The notes beneath the pieces are model-generated. The model ran no database searches, was not told where the DNA came from, and worked only from the letters and a program-made list of their open reading frames with translations. A DNA stretch of 61,059 nt, counting the filler, from Stramenopiles sp. TOSAG23-6 (taxonomy: Eukaryota): assembly GCA_900128565.1 (NCBI GenBank). It is 13 parts of 13 records of this genome, joined end to end, with 100 filler letters (N's around TTAATTAATTAA, not from the genome) between each part and the next. Parts side by side here need not be neighbours in the genome. Positions count along the whole stretch, not along the records: positions 18,901 to 23,513 come from LT637113.1; positions 23,614 to 28,224 come from LT637114.1; positions 28,325 to 32,932 come from LT637115.1; positions 33,033 to 37,627 come from LT637117.1; 9 more parts are not named here. One strand, given 5' to 3'. Every line of letters begins with the position of its first letter. The first letter of the stretch is position 1. Below, one piece after another: positions 20,833 through 33,169 of this stretch. A program made the translations under genes and the position numbers.

Positions 20833-23431
20833 GTGGAAAAAATGAATTGTATTTCATATCCAGCAAAGTTGATGTCCATGTCTAAATTATTCGTAGTTGT
20901 GGTAGTGTCTCTACTAATATTGAATCCGGTATTTGCTTTGTTCGAAGATGAAGTTGGTGTGGTTGACTGGGTACGACAAGGTATTGGTGCCGTACGTTCA
21001 ACTATATTTCGGGGAAAGTACACGTATGTTTCTACTGAATCTGGTGTCGTTGCCAAATTGGTAACTTCGAGTGGTGAAATTCAATGGAGGCAAGTACTTC
21101 CACGAAATGAACGTGTTGAAGTATTGCAGTATAGTAAATATGGTGTACTTACTGTGACAAAACAGAAGATGGTTCGTCTTTTTGACCGAAAGACTGGAAA
21201 TCTCAAATGGGACAGCTCTTTTACGAATTCTGCCGAGCAGCAGAATGATCCGAAGGATATATTGAGTCGTTTACACTCGTCCTCTTACATGGAAGGTGAG
21301 TGGATAAGCGACTTTGATGGTGACAATATCGAAGACATTTTAATACTCTGCGATTCTCAACTTGTAGCTTTTTCAGGTGCAACGGGTGATCTTATTTGGG
21401 AATACAAAGCCAAAAATGGTATTATACTCCAAACTATGAATGTCGAATACTCTGTGATTCATGTAGCTGGTATGAGAGCACCAGACGATAAGCTTACGTC
21501 TAACCTTTTTATAGCAAACATTAACTTTGCTAATGGAGAGGTCGTCGAGAGTCACGAACAATTTGAAGCTAGGGTTCCTGGCTGCCATCTTGCATGGATA
21601 CACTCGAAAGAATATGGTGCTGCTCTTGCCTTCTTGGGATATGAAGCTAAAGCAATATCTATTTATATGTTTGCTTCTGGTAGTTTTAGTCATGAAACAT
21701 TTCGTGTCATTGGCCTCTCAGATGACTTTTCCTCTACAAATAGTCAATTGTCATTAAAACCATTACATGGAACTCGACGTAGACAAAATACGATGCTTCA
21801 ATTGAGTAATGACACGTCCGGTGATGTGTCGATTTTGAGTGCTAAATTTAGTAAAGATGGAAGTAAAATTGTGTATGAAATAATTGATTTTTCTGTCAAT
21901 AGAGAAGAAGAAAATTCAACTGTGTACACCGCAGTATCTCCTTCTTCAAAAATTGAATCGTATGTTGCGTCGATGCGTACAACAAAAAAAGGTTTAGTTA
22001 CACAAATCATTGATTCAAAAGGGAAACAAACGAAAAGAAAAATCGACATTTTGCCAAAGTTAAACTCAGAAACACATGGCACTCAAATCAAAACATTTTT
22101 TTTCAGAAATATTTCATATGATACATTTGAAGTTCTCGTCGTCCTTGAGGATTTGTCGACTGTCTTATTTAGCATTGAATACAATACGCCTAAAATTTCG
22201 TGGATCAGAGAAGAAGCAATTGCTACTGGGTATAAGCTTCTTGATGGTGATATCGCTAATACTACGTTAAATGATAATGTTGTTTGGGCAATACCTGACA
22301 CAACTCACGAGCATAATGCCTCCGGTCATCGTTCTCAAGATCCTTACCATATGACGTTTGCGATGAGATTGTTTGATCAAATGGAAAGAATTATTCATTA
22401 TGTTGAGAACACTTTAGCTCATTTAAAGACCAATATTAAATTGGTATCTATGATGCGATCGTGGGACCCAATGACGTTTTCTTCTGAATTTGACATTCTT
22501 TCAAAAAATACTTTTCATCACAGGAACAACTCCATATCTGGATATGAATCTAGTTTATTTGGGTTCGATCGATTACTTCTATTACTGACCACCCCTGGGA
22601 AAATATTTGCTATACATGTACGTTTTTATTATGAATTTTTTTTCGTACGAAATTTTGTACCTAAGATTTTTTTTAAATTTTTATTATGAATTTTTTATCT
22701 ATAATTTATTTTTCATACGAAATTTTGTAACTAAATTTTTTTTTTTCAATTTCGAATTTTTTTTTTCACAATGCATGGTGTTGATGGATCGATTGTTTGG
22801 TCAACTTACATTCCTGGGGCGACTAAAGTATTTGTGGACAATCAAGCAGAATTGGTGTTTGTTGTAAGTAAACAATCTAATTCGTACGAAATATCTGTAC
22901 TTAGTATGATTTCTGGTGCCAAAGAAAGTCATCATACGTTACCTAAAGATATCAAACAAATTTTGCCTTATAAGAACGTGAAGAATATTTCTAAAAGTGT
23001 GGAGCATCTTCCATTTATGTTTCTGATTGTTGATAAAGATAATAATGTAGCTTTATTTACGCATGATGCTTCAAAGGTAGATATGATACGAGATGTCATC
23101 AAGGATAACTATTCAGTGACATTTTATCAGCAACTCAATATTGAAAATGGGACTTTAAAAGGGTTTAACATGTATGTCTTATTTTTTTTTTCAATTTTGA
23201 AGTTTTTTTCATACGAAATTTTGTACCTAACGCCTTTTTTTTTTTTGAAATATTTTTTCACAATATATTCGCCCTGTTTCCAAAAGTGACAAAAAGAAGA
23301 GTAATAAAAGTAAAACCAATATCTCCTTTGATTATAAAGGACAAGAAATATGGTCGTTACATACAAAATATGATTGGCCTGATGAATCAAAAAATATATC
23401 GAAACTTGAATTAAATTCAAACGAGATTCAT
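20833..23431 (+). CDS. EMC1: ER membrane protein complex subunit 1, partial; exons to 22617, 22777-23171, 23269-23431
   Basis: ALFEDEVGVVDW, SGEIQWRQVL, WIREEA, FGFDRLLLLLTTPGKIFAIH|GVDGSIVW. Confidence 0.85.
22618..22776 (+). mobile_element. GT-AT intron, phase 0, internally duplicated
   Basis: CAT|GTACGTTTT...CACAATGCAT|GGT. Confidence 0.85.
23172..23268 (+). mobile_element. GT-AT intron, phase 2
   Basis: AT|GTATGTC...CACAATATAT|T; opens a stop-free exon to the next donor at 23432. Confidence 0.85.
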
Positions 23432-23680
23432 GTATGTTTTATTGTTTTTCAAATTCGATTTTTTTCGTACGAAATTTTGTACCTAACAAATTTAAGTTTT
23501 TTTTTTTTGAAATNNNNNNNNNNNNNNNNNNNNNNNNNNNNNNNNNNNNNNNNNNNNTTAATTAATTAANNNNNNNNNNNNNNNNNNNNNNNNNNNNNNN
23601 NNNNNNNNNNNNNGAAATTTGTTAGGTACAAAATTTCGTACGAAAAAAAAATAAATTTGAAATTCATACTGAAAACGTAC

Positions 23681-24574
23681 TAGACGGGCCACTTTTTTCA
23701 AATGTCGAATTGTTCTAAGTCTTTTATGTTCAATTTCACGCTGGCGGTTCAAACTTCCCATATGCTTCTGTTTCATTTTCATACGTTCAAATATTGTTTT
23801 CTTCATATTTTCTTCTATATCGCGTGCTTTTTGACGCCGATTTTCTCGCATTTCTTTGCCACGTTTTTGCATAATTTTCTTTTCAGCTCCATCTCTGGCT
23901 TTTGCTTTCTTGTAATTTTCGACGCGAATCTCCCGTTCTTTAATCTTACGCAAAATTAAATCTTTCTGGCCCTTTTCTTTTTTTTCTCGTTCCATATTGG
24001 TGAGCTTTAACTTTCTAGAGTTCATTTTCCCCCTGCGAACCATACTATCCACCATGGCTGTCTTTTTCTGAGCAATCTCGTGATGTTTGTTTTTTAGAGC
24101 TTCAAGACGAGCCCCAAATTTACGTCGAAGTTTTAGAATACCTTTATTTTCTGTATCAACTACTCTTTCATATTTCGAACGATTCGTTCGCAACTTTTGA
24201 AATTTGTCTTTTTCTTTTTGAAGTTGTTCGTTGAGTGAGTTTAGAAGACCGTGCTTTGAAGCAAGATCAGATTCAGACTTCAGACCTAATAAAACTCCTG
24301 CCTCCTCTTCTTTAGCGAGAACTAACGATAGCATTGCTAATCGCCTTTCCTCAAAAGCCATGAAACGTAAACGAGTTGTTTCCGCATCGAGTTCAATCGT
24401 ACTATTCTGTTCGCGGCGGAAGTGAGCAAGGCGGCGTGGGACTAACTTTTTGATATCCACTCCACAGCGTCTACATGATTCCTGAAATACTGGTGACGAT
24501 AACTTTTTTTTTAATAATGGACCATCATGTGCTAACACTCGAGCTTCCTCTGTGATGCGCTGGTTTGAAATCAT
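23681..24574 (-). CDS. Basic coiled-coil protein, first exon; family donor at 23680
   Basis: Long K/R/E-rich ORF ending at CTA|GTACGTTTT. Confidence 0.6.
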
Positions 24575-24788
24575 GTCTCAATGATATTCAAAATACACAA
24601 AAATGAATCTATTATATCAGTTTTTTTACCTTTCCATATTGTAAATCTTTTTGAGTGACTGCGACTAGCAAAAACGAAACTGTCAAAATTAATAAAGTGA
24701 ACCGGGTACTAAAAGTATCATGAATACTTCTACATCTCAACGAAAAATATTAATATTATTACACTTTCTTTATTATCAATGATTTTAT

Positions 24789-27700
24789 CTACCAAAATAA
24801 GTGTTCAAAATCAAATGGATCATCTTCTCGCGTTTTCTCTTTGGCTTGAGGAATCGATGCTTGGCATAATACATCAAATTCAGCGAATGGGTCGTCATTT
24901 TTTTCATGGATCTCATTTTTGAAATTTTTCTTCAGTTTTTTTTTCTGACAGTTTTGTTCATTTGGAGAATTTGATGAAAATACGTCAAAAGGATCTTCTG
25001 AATTTGTAATTTTTGTTTGGGTTGGTGGCGAGGAACCCCAACCGACTGGCAAAAAAACATCATGTTTTTTATTTTGTATCGAGATAGCATTCGTTTTACT
25101 CAAATGAAGAGAGACATTGTTCTTTGAATTAAAATCATTACGATTTGTCTTGTTCGTCGACATTTCCTGAATTTTTGATATCAAAGATTCATCCAGATTT
25201 TCTGTATTGGTCAAATGAAATTCACCAGCAAACCCTAAATGCATGCTATATGAAATGAGACTACCATCTTGTAAATGAACTAATATGCAACGATCATCGC
25301 GCGACGCTGACAGAAGTGTTATTGGGATATCGGATGCATTTTCTATTACTCGATGTTCTTGTAATGTATTGCAAAAAAATATTTCAAAAAAATTCCAAAA
25401 TTTGTTAGGTACAAAGTTTTCAAAAAAAAAATTAAATGTGAAATTCATGATGAAAACATACATGTATGTGCCCAGAGGACTCTAATTTTGTGTAATGTTG
25501 AAGTGATAACGAAGCGTTTGTCATTTGAAATTAATAGTTGAGGAATACAAAATTCACTAACATCAATTTGTGCATACGCTTGTGAATAATACCCATTAAC
25601 AGAAAAAAGGGATAATTTACTGCCACGTAAAACTAAAAGTTTTCCGTCACTTAAAAATTCTAAAGCACGCACAGAATAGCTTCTTCTACTTCCATCGATA
25701 GTCATAGTATCGTTACAAGAGGCAGCAGTCAAAACTTTGAGGAATGAAGGTGGATAGATTTGATGAATTACACAAACGCCAGTGATATCTCCTGAAGCAA
25801 TTAAACCAACATCGTCATTGATGGACACACAGGAGATTGAAGCTTCATGTCCATACAAAATTTCTGGATAATTAGCCCCAGTCTTTCTATTCTCCTTCGT
25901 ATACTGTGAAATTCCAGCAAATATGACATCATCGCTACCGGTTACTCTTGATGATCCAGTATCCGAAGTTAATAGCTCACGAGGGCCAAATTCATCACTT
26001 AATGTATTCACCTTCCATAATCCTAGCGTACCATCTTTAGATCCGACGACTACCCATTTATCTAGTTCACTTAAACATATTGCTGTAGTTATACTATGTA
26101 GACCATCAACTCGTTGTAAAATATTTCCAGATTTAGCACCATAGGTACAAAGACTAACATCCGAATGTCCAGAACTTATTACAACTCTACCACGATTTCT
26201 ACTTTTTCCTAAAAGAGCAATGCCAGGGCGCGAGGAACCGGAAATCATCGATTGTGCTAGTGCAGTATGAGGTATGACAGTTACAGGAGAACTAGCAGGG
26301 GTAATTTGGACTGGAAAATCATTGCCACAATATCTATATAATATTCCATCACCATGCATATCAACTACAAAAAATGCACCATTTCCACTTTGATTTCCTG
26401 GTCGAGATGGAGGTGGTTTGTCACACCAAATTATTGCGACTGCTGGTCTACTCAAAGAAGCAATATTTTTCTTTTCTACATAAGATTTCGACATTGTCTT
26501 TGATTTTTCCACTGCAACAGGAAAATTACTTTGCATAGTTTCTTGGTGAGACATGTTTTTTGGAAAAATATTTCAAAAAAAATCTAAAAAAAAATGTTAG
26601 GTACAACATTTCGTACGAAAAAAATAAATTTGAAATTGAAAAAAAATAAAACATACATTCGCCGTGGATGTTTCTTTTGAAATAATTGTGATGGAGTTTG
26701 ACCAAATGAAGCAATTTGAGTTTCCATGGCTTGGCGCATCACAGGATCCGAAATCTGACGGAAATCAACATTTCCTTCATATGTCAAATGATAAAACAGA
26801 TTATTAGCTTTAACAGCCTCCGCGCCTGTCTGTTTGTATCCAAATATAAGATCAATCCAATGATGAAGTCGACTTGATACGTGATCACTTTCGAGTGCTA
26901 ATCGATTTAGACGTATAAATTCCTCGGCTGACGAAGCCCATGGAGGTAAAATAACATCATCAACAGGTAGACCATCTTGACGTGTACCAAATTGTAGTGA
27001 GTTACTATTCATTAAAAATTGAGGAATAGAAAACCACTCTGGTGTCAGTTCTTTGACATCACTTGGACTTTGTAAACAATTATTCCAAGTATTCTTAATA
27101 CTATAAAATAACCTATCGGGAATGTCAAATTTTCCTCCTTGCATTGATAACCCATAGGATGTATATGGTTCGATACGTAATAAATAATAAAGAACAGTTC
27201 CAACAGACGAATAATGAGATCCATACATAAATGGTGGTATCTCAGCATCATTTAATGATTCAAATCGCTCTAAAATATGACTCAAGCGCTCAGGATTTAA
27301 CGCTCCAATAGGTTTACTCAGATCTCTATACGTTTTTGGGTCTTCAAAATCTAAAGACTCCGAAGTATAATCTGAAATTACCCATGGCATAATTGGATAT
27401 TGCGTTAAATCATGATATGTCCTTCCAGCAGCATCATTTAAATGCATTAAATACTCCAAATTAGAAATTTTCCTCTGCTGCCATAAGTCAGTCCAATTAT
27501 ATGCAGATACTAAGTGCTCTGGGGTATAAAATTGAGAAGAACCAACATCACGTGCCATTAGCGGGGGTTTTAATTTAGAGATGATTTGAAAGCATTTCAA
27601 AGAAGAAGTGTCATCATGCAAATTAAGAAATATAGATGTACCATCATCAAAAAATATTTCAATAGCCGTCCTCTGAAGGAGATACCGACGATTTCTAATA

Positions 27701-28121
27701 CATTTCACTGAACGTACTGGCCATGTTTTAGTTTCTACAGGTGCAACATCCGAAGTGTCCGTCTTGAGAGCACGTAATCCATGAAATACTAAACATTCTC
27801 TAAATATTCGAAATTCACCCTCAACCACTTTAAATGGGGATATCATATCCGCGACAAGAACGATAATTACTTTATTTGTGTTGTTCCACAAATGTGATTT
27901 TTGTTTCATTCGTTGAGGTGTGTTTGTATTCGCTTCCCTATGCTTTAAAAATCTCTCTAATTCTTTGAAATCTTTCCATTTTGCAGTTGCTTTACCAGTA
28001 GTAGAATTAGACAGTGTTGGGTCTGTTGTAGTAAATAGTCTATCTCCTACACTAATGACTGTTACGCCGCGCTTTTTCAATTCTGCAGATCGAGGAGATA
28101 ACTGTTTCGTCACAGATCGAA
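24789..28121 (-). CDS. BEACH-WD40 protein (neurobeachin/LRBA family), C-terminal part; exons 28121-26657, 26552-25462, 25363-24789
   Basis: RRYLLQRTAIEIFF, WQQRKISNLEYLMHLN..GRTYHDLTQYPIMPW, YGSHYSS, WIDLIFGYKQ, FGQTPSQLF; WD40 repeats. Confidence 0.93.
25364..25461 (-). mobile_element. GT-AT intron, phase 1
   Basis: ACA T|GTATGTTTT...GCAATACAT|TA gives WAHTLQEHR. Confidence 0.85.
26553..26656 (-). mobile_element. GT-AT intron, phase 2
   Basis: CGA AT|GTATG...CCAAAAAACAT|G gives HPRRMSHQ. Confidence 0.85.
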
Positions 28122-28324
28122 ATGTATTTTGGAAAAATATTTCAAAAAAAAAAAAAAAAAATCGTTAGGAACAAAATTTCGTACGAAAAAAAAAATCGAT
28201 TTTTTTTTTAAAAAAAAAAAAAAANNNNNNNNNNNNNNNNNNNNNNNNNNNNNNNNNNNNNNNNNNNNTTAATTAATTAANNNNNNNNNNNNNNNNNNNN
28301 NNNNNNNNNNNNNNNNNNNNNNNN

Positions 28325-29630
28325 AAAAAGTCACCAAAAAAACACATACATATATATGACGGATCATACTGTAATCCATTGATAACACACAATCCTTGTA
28401 TTTGTGATGAATCTCTCGTATCGCTAGGTAAAGATCATATTGCTATATTTTTACCACCATTGTACGTTTTCGAAATTGAATTCCAATTTTTTTTTCGTAC
28501 TACATTCCGTACCTAACAAATTTTTCCACCAAAAACAATATTTTTTCGTAATACATGTATGTTTTATTTTTTTTTTTAACAAAAATATCGAATTTATTTT
28601 TCATACGAAATTTTGTACCTAACAATTTTTTTTTTTTTTGAAATATTTTTTCGTAATACATGGTTTACGTGTGGAAGATATCTCGAGGTGATCCGGAATT
28701 TTGTCGTATACAAATGTCGAATGATTCCTCCGATGTTGAAATAGATTCTTCAATTGAGCTGAATGATACAATGGATAGTAATATAACGTCTTGTTCAGTT
28801 AGTAGTGTACTTTCAAGTGATGCGACTGCTAGTAATAGTGATTCTATCATAAAAGTAGAGGATGGAGAATGGACATGTGCATTAGTTCAGACTCCGAAAA
28901 ATCGCGTGATATTCCGAAATTGTTTTATAAATAGTAGTGTTCATGGCGAGTTATTAATGATACTAGATACTTTGGGTTTTGCCTGTTTTTGGGGTATGAC
29001 AAATATAGATAGGAATGGAAATATCATGACAAGACCAACCCTTTCAGAAGTTGACGTGAACAAATGTGGTTGTTTCGCAGTGCAAATCATACCGAGTGAT
29101 GTTGTAGATCGTTATTCATCCACTTTGCAACTTTCAAGATGTACTTGTGCATCGAAAGTTTGTATGTTTTCATCATGAATTTTAAATTTATTTTTTTCCT
29201 AAGAAATTTTTTGTACCTGACAAATTAAAAATTGAAAATATTTTTTCACAATACTTGTATTTCATGGTTTGATGAATCGAAAAGCTCTTTATTCATAAGT
29301 TGTATACAAATTTCGAATGATGAAAATGAAAATGAAAAGGTTGTGGTCCAAGAACCCATTTGTGTAAAGTTGCCTATTGTAGGAAGACCTGTGTTAGTCA
29401 AAGGTATTACATGTCGGAAATGTTGTCATAATCGTCTTTTAGACTCTAGCCATGAAATGTCGCTTCTTTTATTAGTACCTTCATATATGAGTGGTAAAAA
29501 TTCAGAACAGCCAGTGTGGTGGGCTGCGTGCTTTGATTATGATGATGAAAGTTCTACAATTTTGAAAAATATTTCTCCTCCTTTTGAGGGGGAATCTATT
29601 ATGAAAATGGGAAAACGATTGTTTTCGTGA
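28325..29630 (+). CDS. Hypothetical protein, 5'-truncated; exons 28325-28461, 28662-29161, 29257-29630
   Basis: Continuous frame after removing family introns (IFLPPL|VYVWK; SKV|CISWF). Confidence 0.6.
28462..28661 (+). mobile_element. Two abutting GT-AT introns (28462-28556, 28557-28661) with no exon between them
   Basis: ...CGTAATACAT|GTATGTTTT...; each unit has its own donor, TACCTAAC and acceptor motif. Confidence 0.8.
29162..29256 (+). mobile_element. Family intron ending in TT (equivalent by sliding to GT-AT 29166-29260)
   Basis: T|GTATGTTTT...CACAATACTT|GT, phase 1; TTGTAT repeated at both ends. Confidence 0.75.
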
Positions 29631-29836
29631 TGAAATACAATATTGTTTTTTACAATTTCATAGTATTTTCATACAAAAAATAAATAATTGCATGTACTAA
29701 AACATAAAATATCTAACGTTTTTTTATTGCTTATAGTTTTCGCAATATATATATCCTTGCTTTTTTTCGTCATAAATAAATAAATATAAATGGATTCTTT
29801 GATTGATTGATCATTGGAATGCTCTCAATGAAATTA

Positions 29837-30823
29837 TTAAATAGCAATCACATCGACAAATTCGTCCGTCGCTTCTTCAGAAATATTAAACCCAGCAAGT
29901 CCTGACAAACTACCACTGATGTGCCCACCACCCAGCCAAATACCACCATAAAAGTTTGGATCCCGCTTGCGTGGGGATCCACCACCTTTGGTAGGATCTG
30001 AATTTTCAGTTGTCCTAGCATCCTCCTCAAGAAATGTTAACGTTTCGCCAACAATCTTTATTGCCTCTTTTGGATTCATCGTGAGTAGCTGATTATTTAA
30101 AGTCTTGCTGTGTAACACCGAAGAAGTTCCCGTTTCAGCTGGTAATAAGCACAATCCACCCTCCATACGGAATAAATCGTTCATTGTATTCATAAAAGTC
30201 TCTCGAGTATGCGAATCAAAATCCGAATTTACGTCAGTGTTCAACGCGGAGCCATCAATAGTTTTGTTATTCGATTCGTCGTACTGCGAAAAAGTGTGCG
30301 TAAAAGTTGGAATAAAATCTAATTTTAGATTTTTTCTTTTACTTTTACTTTTTTTTTCCTCGATACGTGGTTGTACATTGCCCGTCGAAATTTTGAACGC
30401 ATCTACGCATTCTTTACATTTCTTAAACATTATCCCATGTTTGCAATCTTCTTTGCATAACTTGCAGTAGCGCCCATTCTGGCGCTTTCCGTGACAGCAT
30501 AGATAAGGGCCGTATTTTCTTCCTCCACATGGAATACACTTTGATTGCTGACGATTGTGTATACATTTTTTACGCTCGTACTTTTTACCACCGCAAGGTA
30601 CACATTTATGCTTTGCACGTCCATGTTTCTTACATAAACCTTTACCACCACACTTGATGCAATAGTATCCTCGAGAAGATTTTCCGTGTGGACATTTTTT
30701 AGATTTTGTCGGAATCTTTTGTCGCTTTATTGGTCTCATAACACTTGAAATTTGCTCAAGATTTACTAGACGGTCTAGAACTGTGTCTTCTGCATCGCGT
30801 TTAAGGCTGTTTAGGTGTTGCAT
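29837..30823 (-). CDS. Cys/His-rich zinc-ribbon repeat protein (CxHG..CxxCGG repeats)
   Basis: CPHGK..CIKCGG, CIHNRQQSKCIPCGG, CKHGIMFKKCKEC. Confidence 0.65.
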   Translation of the reverse strand: MQHLNSLKRDAEDTVLDRLVNLEQISSVMRPIKRQKIPTKSKKCPHGKSSRGYYCIKCGGKGLCKKHGRAKHKCVPCGGKKYERKKCIHNRQQSKCIPCGGRKYGPYLCCHGKRQNGRYCKLCKEDCKHGIMFKKCKECVDAFKISTGNVQPRIEEKKSKSKRKNLKLDFIPTFTHTFSQYDESNNKTIDGSALNTDVNSDFDSHTRETFMNTMNDLFRMEGGLCLLPAETGTSSVLHSKTLNNQLLTMNPKEAIKIVGETLTFLEEDARTTENSDPTKGGGSPRKRDPNFYGGIWLGGGHISGSLSGLAGFNISEEATDEFVDVIAI

Positions 30824-31256
30824 TGTTCAGAGATAATAATTATAATTGATATGGATATGATTAACGAGGATATGATTAACTAGGATACTTTTTGTTAGAA
30901 AGTAAGATACGTTTGATTACCGCTCAGATCTTGATCGGAGAAACAGCAATCGGATACTTTCAAGAATTCGACTTTCTTCCTTTTTTATCTCCGTCGATCC
31001 AGCAGGTATAAAAATTCGTAATAAAAAATAGTAAGGATTTCGTGTAAGTCTGCGATTCACAGAAAAGACGAAACGTATTCTTTGTTTTTTTTTCTTCTTG
31101 TTACCTGGCGCACAAAATTTCACATCTGGACAGACCTGTTTTTCCAACCAAACGCAAAATAAATAAAATATATCAAATCAAATCAACACGCGATGTGTGA
31201 CACTAAAAAATTGTAAAACATTGTCGTCGTCTTTTACATTGGTACAGTCATCTAAA

Positions 31257-32880
31257 ATGGCATCCAATGATGGAAATTATCGTGCGAAATATGAAAATCC
31301 ACTGGTCCATCGGTATGCTTCTGCTGAGATGAGTGCTGTATGGTCTCCTGCAAAAAAATTTGGTACTTGGCGAGAGTTGTGGCTTGCGCTTGCACGTGCT
31401 GAACAAGAGTTGGGCTTAGATATTACCGACGAACAGATTCAAGAGTTGGAGTCCAACATGACCAACATAAACTACAAAGTTGCCGAAGGATACGAAAAAA
31501 AATTTAGACATGATGTAATGAGCCATGTTCATGCATGGGGTGATCAATGTCCCAAAGCAAAATCAATTATCCATCTCGGTGCTACGTCCTGTTACGTCTG
31601 CGACAATAGTGAAGTGATCATGCTAAGAGACGGTATGAAACTATTATGTCGTCGTCTATTAAAATTTTGCAAAGTGTTAGGGGATTTTGCCGAGCGTCAC
31701 AAAGCACTACCCACACTTGGATTTACGCACTACCAACCTGCACAATTGGTTACTGTGGGGAAGCGTGCTGTATTATGGCTCCAAGATTTTCTCATGGATT
31801 TTGAAGAGTTAGACCGGCGAACAAAAAATCTTCCCATGCGCGGAGTTAAAGGCACTACAGGGACACAAGCAAGTTTCTTGGCATTATTTGACGGTGATCA
31901 TAATAAAGTAAAATCATTGGGGTCGCGTGTTGCAGAATTGATGGGATTTGAACGAGTCATTCCAGTCTCAGGTCAAACATATACACGAAAAATAGACTTT
32001 CAGATTCTCAGTATATTGAGTGGTATTGCACAATCGGCGCATAAAATGGCAATTGACATTCGTCTTTTAATGAATTTAAAGGAGGTTGACGAGCCTTTTG
32101 AAAAGAATCAAATTGGCTCCAGTGCCATGTACGTTTTCATCATTTATTTCAGTTCCAAAGTTTTCAATGATTTCAAAGCAAAAGTTTTTTGTACCTATTT
32201 TTTGTACCTAACGAACTTTTGATGTAGCATTTCTTTTCACAATATATGGCATATAAACGAAATCCAATGCGATCTGAGAGAGTATGTTCTTTAGCAAGGT
32301 ATGTCATTTCACTGACAGCAAGTGCAGCGAATACGCATGCACAGCAATGGTTTGAAAGATCTCTGGATGACTCGGCTATTCGTCGTATTAATCTCCCAGA
32401 AGCATTTCTTGCGACTGTATGTTTTCATCATGAATTTCAAATTTATTTTTTTTTCCTACGAAATTTCGTACCTAATCTTTTTTTTTTTTTTTGAGTGTTG
32501 CGACTCTATATTTTCGTCTTTTCAATTCCAAACGAATTATCCAAATTTATATTGTACCCTAAAGATTTGTTTTACTAAAAAAATATTTTTTCACAGAATA
32601 TGATGTCCTTTTACGTATTATGGAAAATGTACGTTTTATATGAATTTCTAATTTAATTTGTTTTTTTCGTACGAAATTTCGTACCTAACAAATTTAAAAA
32701 AAAATTTTGAAATATTTTTTCACAATACATGTCATTTCTGGTTTAGTTGTTTGGCCACAAGTGTATATTTTCATCATTCATTTCATTATCAATTTCAATT
32801 TTCTAATCCAATGTTTCTGTACCTAACGAAGTTCAAATTTGATATATTTTTTCACTATACATGATTCATAAACACATCAT
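31257..32880 (+). CDS. ADSL: Adenylosuccinate lyase, 3'-truncated; exons 31257-32128, 32248-32416, 32602-32628, 32731-32762, 32863-32880
   Basis: [52 protein letters not shown] signature. Confidence 0.97.
32129..32247 (+). mobile_element. GT-AT intron, phase 2, inside the SSAMxYKRNP signature
   Basis: GCC AT|GTACG...CACAATATAT|G GCA. Confidence 0.92.
32417..32601 (+). mobile_element. GT-AT intron, phase 0
   Basis: ACT|GTATG...CACAGAATAT|GAT; the CAG at 32596 is out of phase. Confidence 0.88.
32629..32730 (+). mobile_element. GT-AT intron, phase 0
   Basis: AAT|GTACG...CACAATACAT|GTC. Confidence 0.9.
32763..32862 (+). mobile_element. GT-AT intron, phase 2
   Basis: GT|GTATATTTTC...CACTATACAT|G ATT. 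Confidence 0.85.
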
Positions 32881-33032
32881 GTATGTTTTATTTTTTTTTC
32901 AAATTCGATTTTTTTTCGTACGAAATTTTGTANNNNNNNNNNNNNNNNNNNNNNNNNNNNNNNNNNNNNNNNNNNNTTAATTAATTAANNNNNNNNNNNN
33001 NNNNNNNNNNNNNNNNNNNNNNNNNNNNNNNN

Positions 33033-33084
<52 letters not shown>

Positions 33085-33169
33085 CATTTTTTTTTTTTTT
33101 TTTTTTTTTTACGAAAAAAAAAAAAATTGTACCTAACAAATTTAAGTGAAATATTTTTCCAAAATACAG

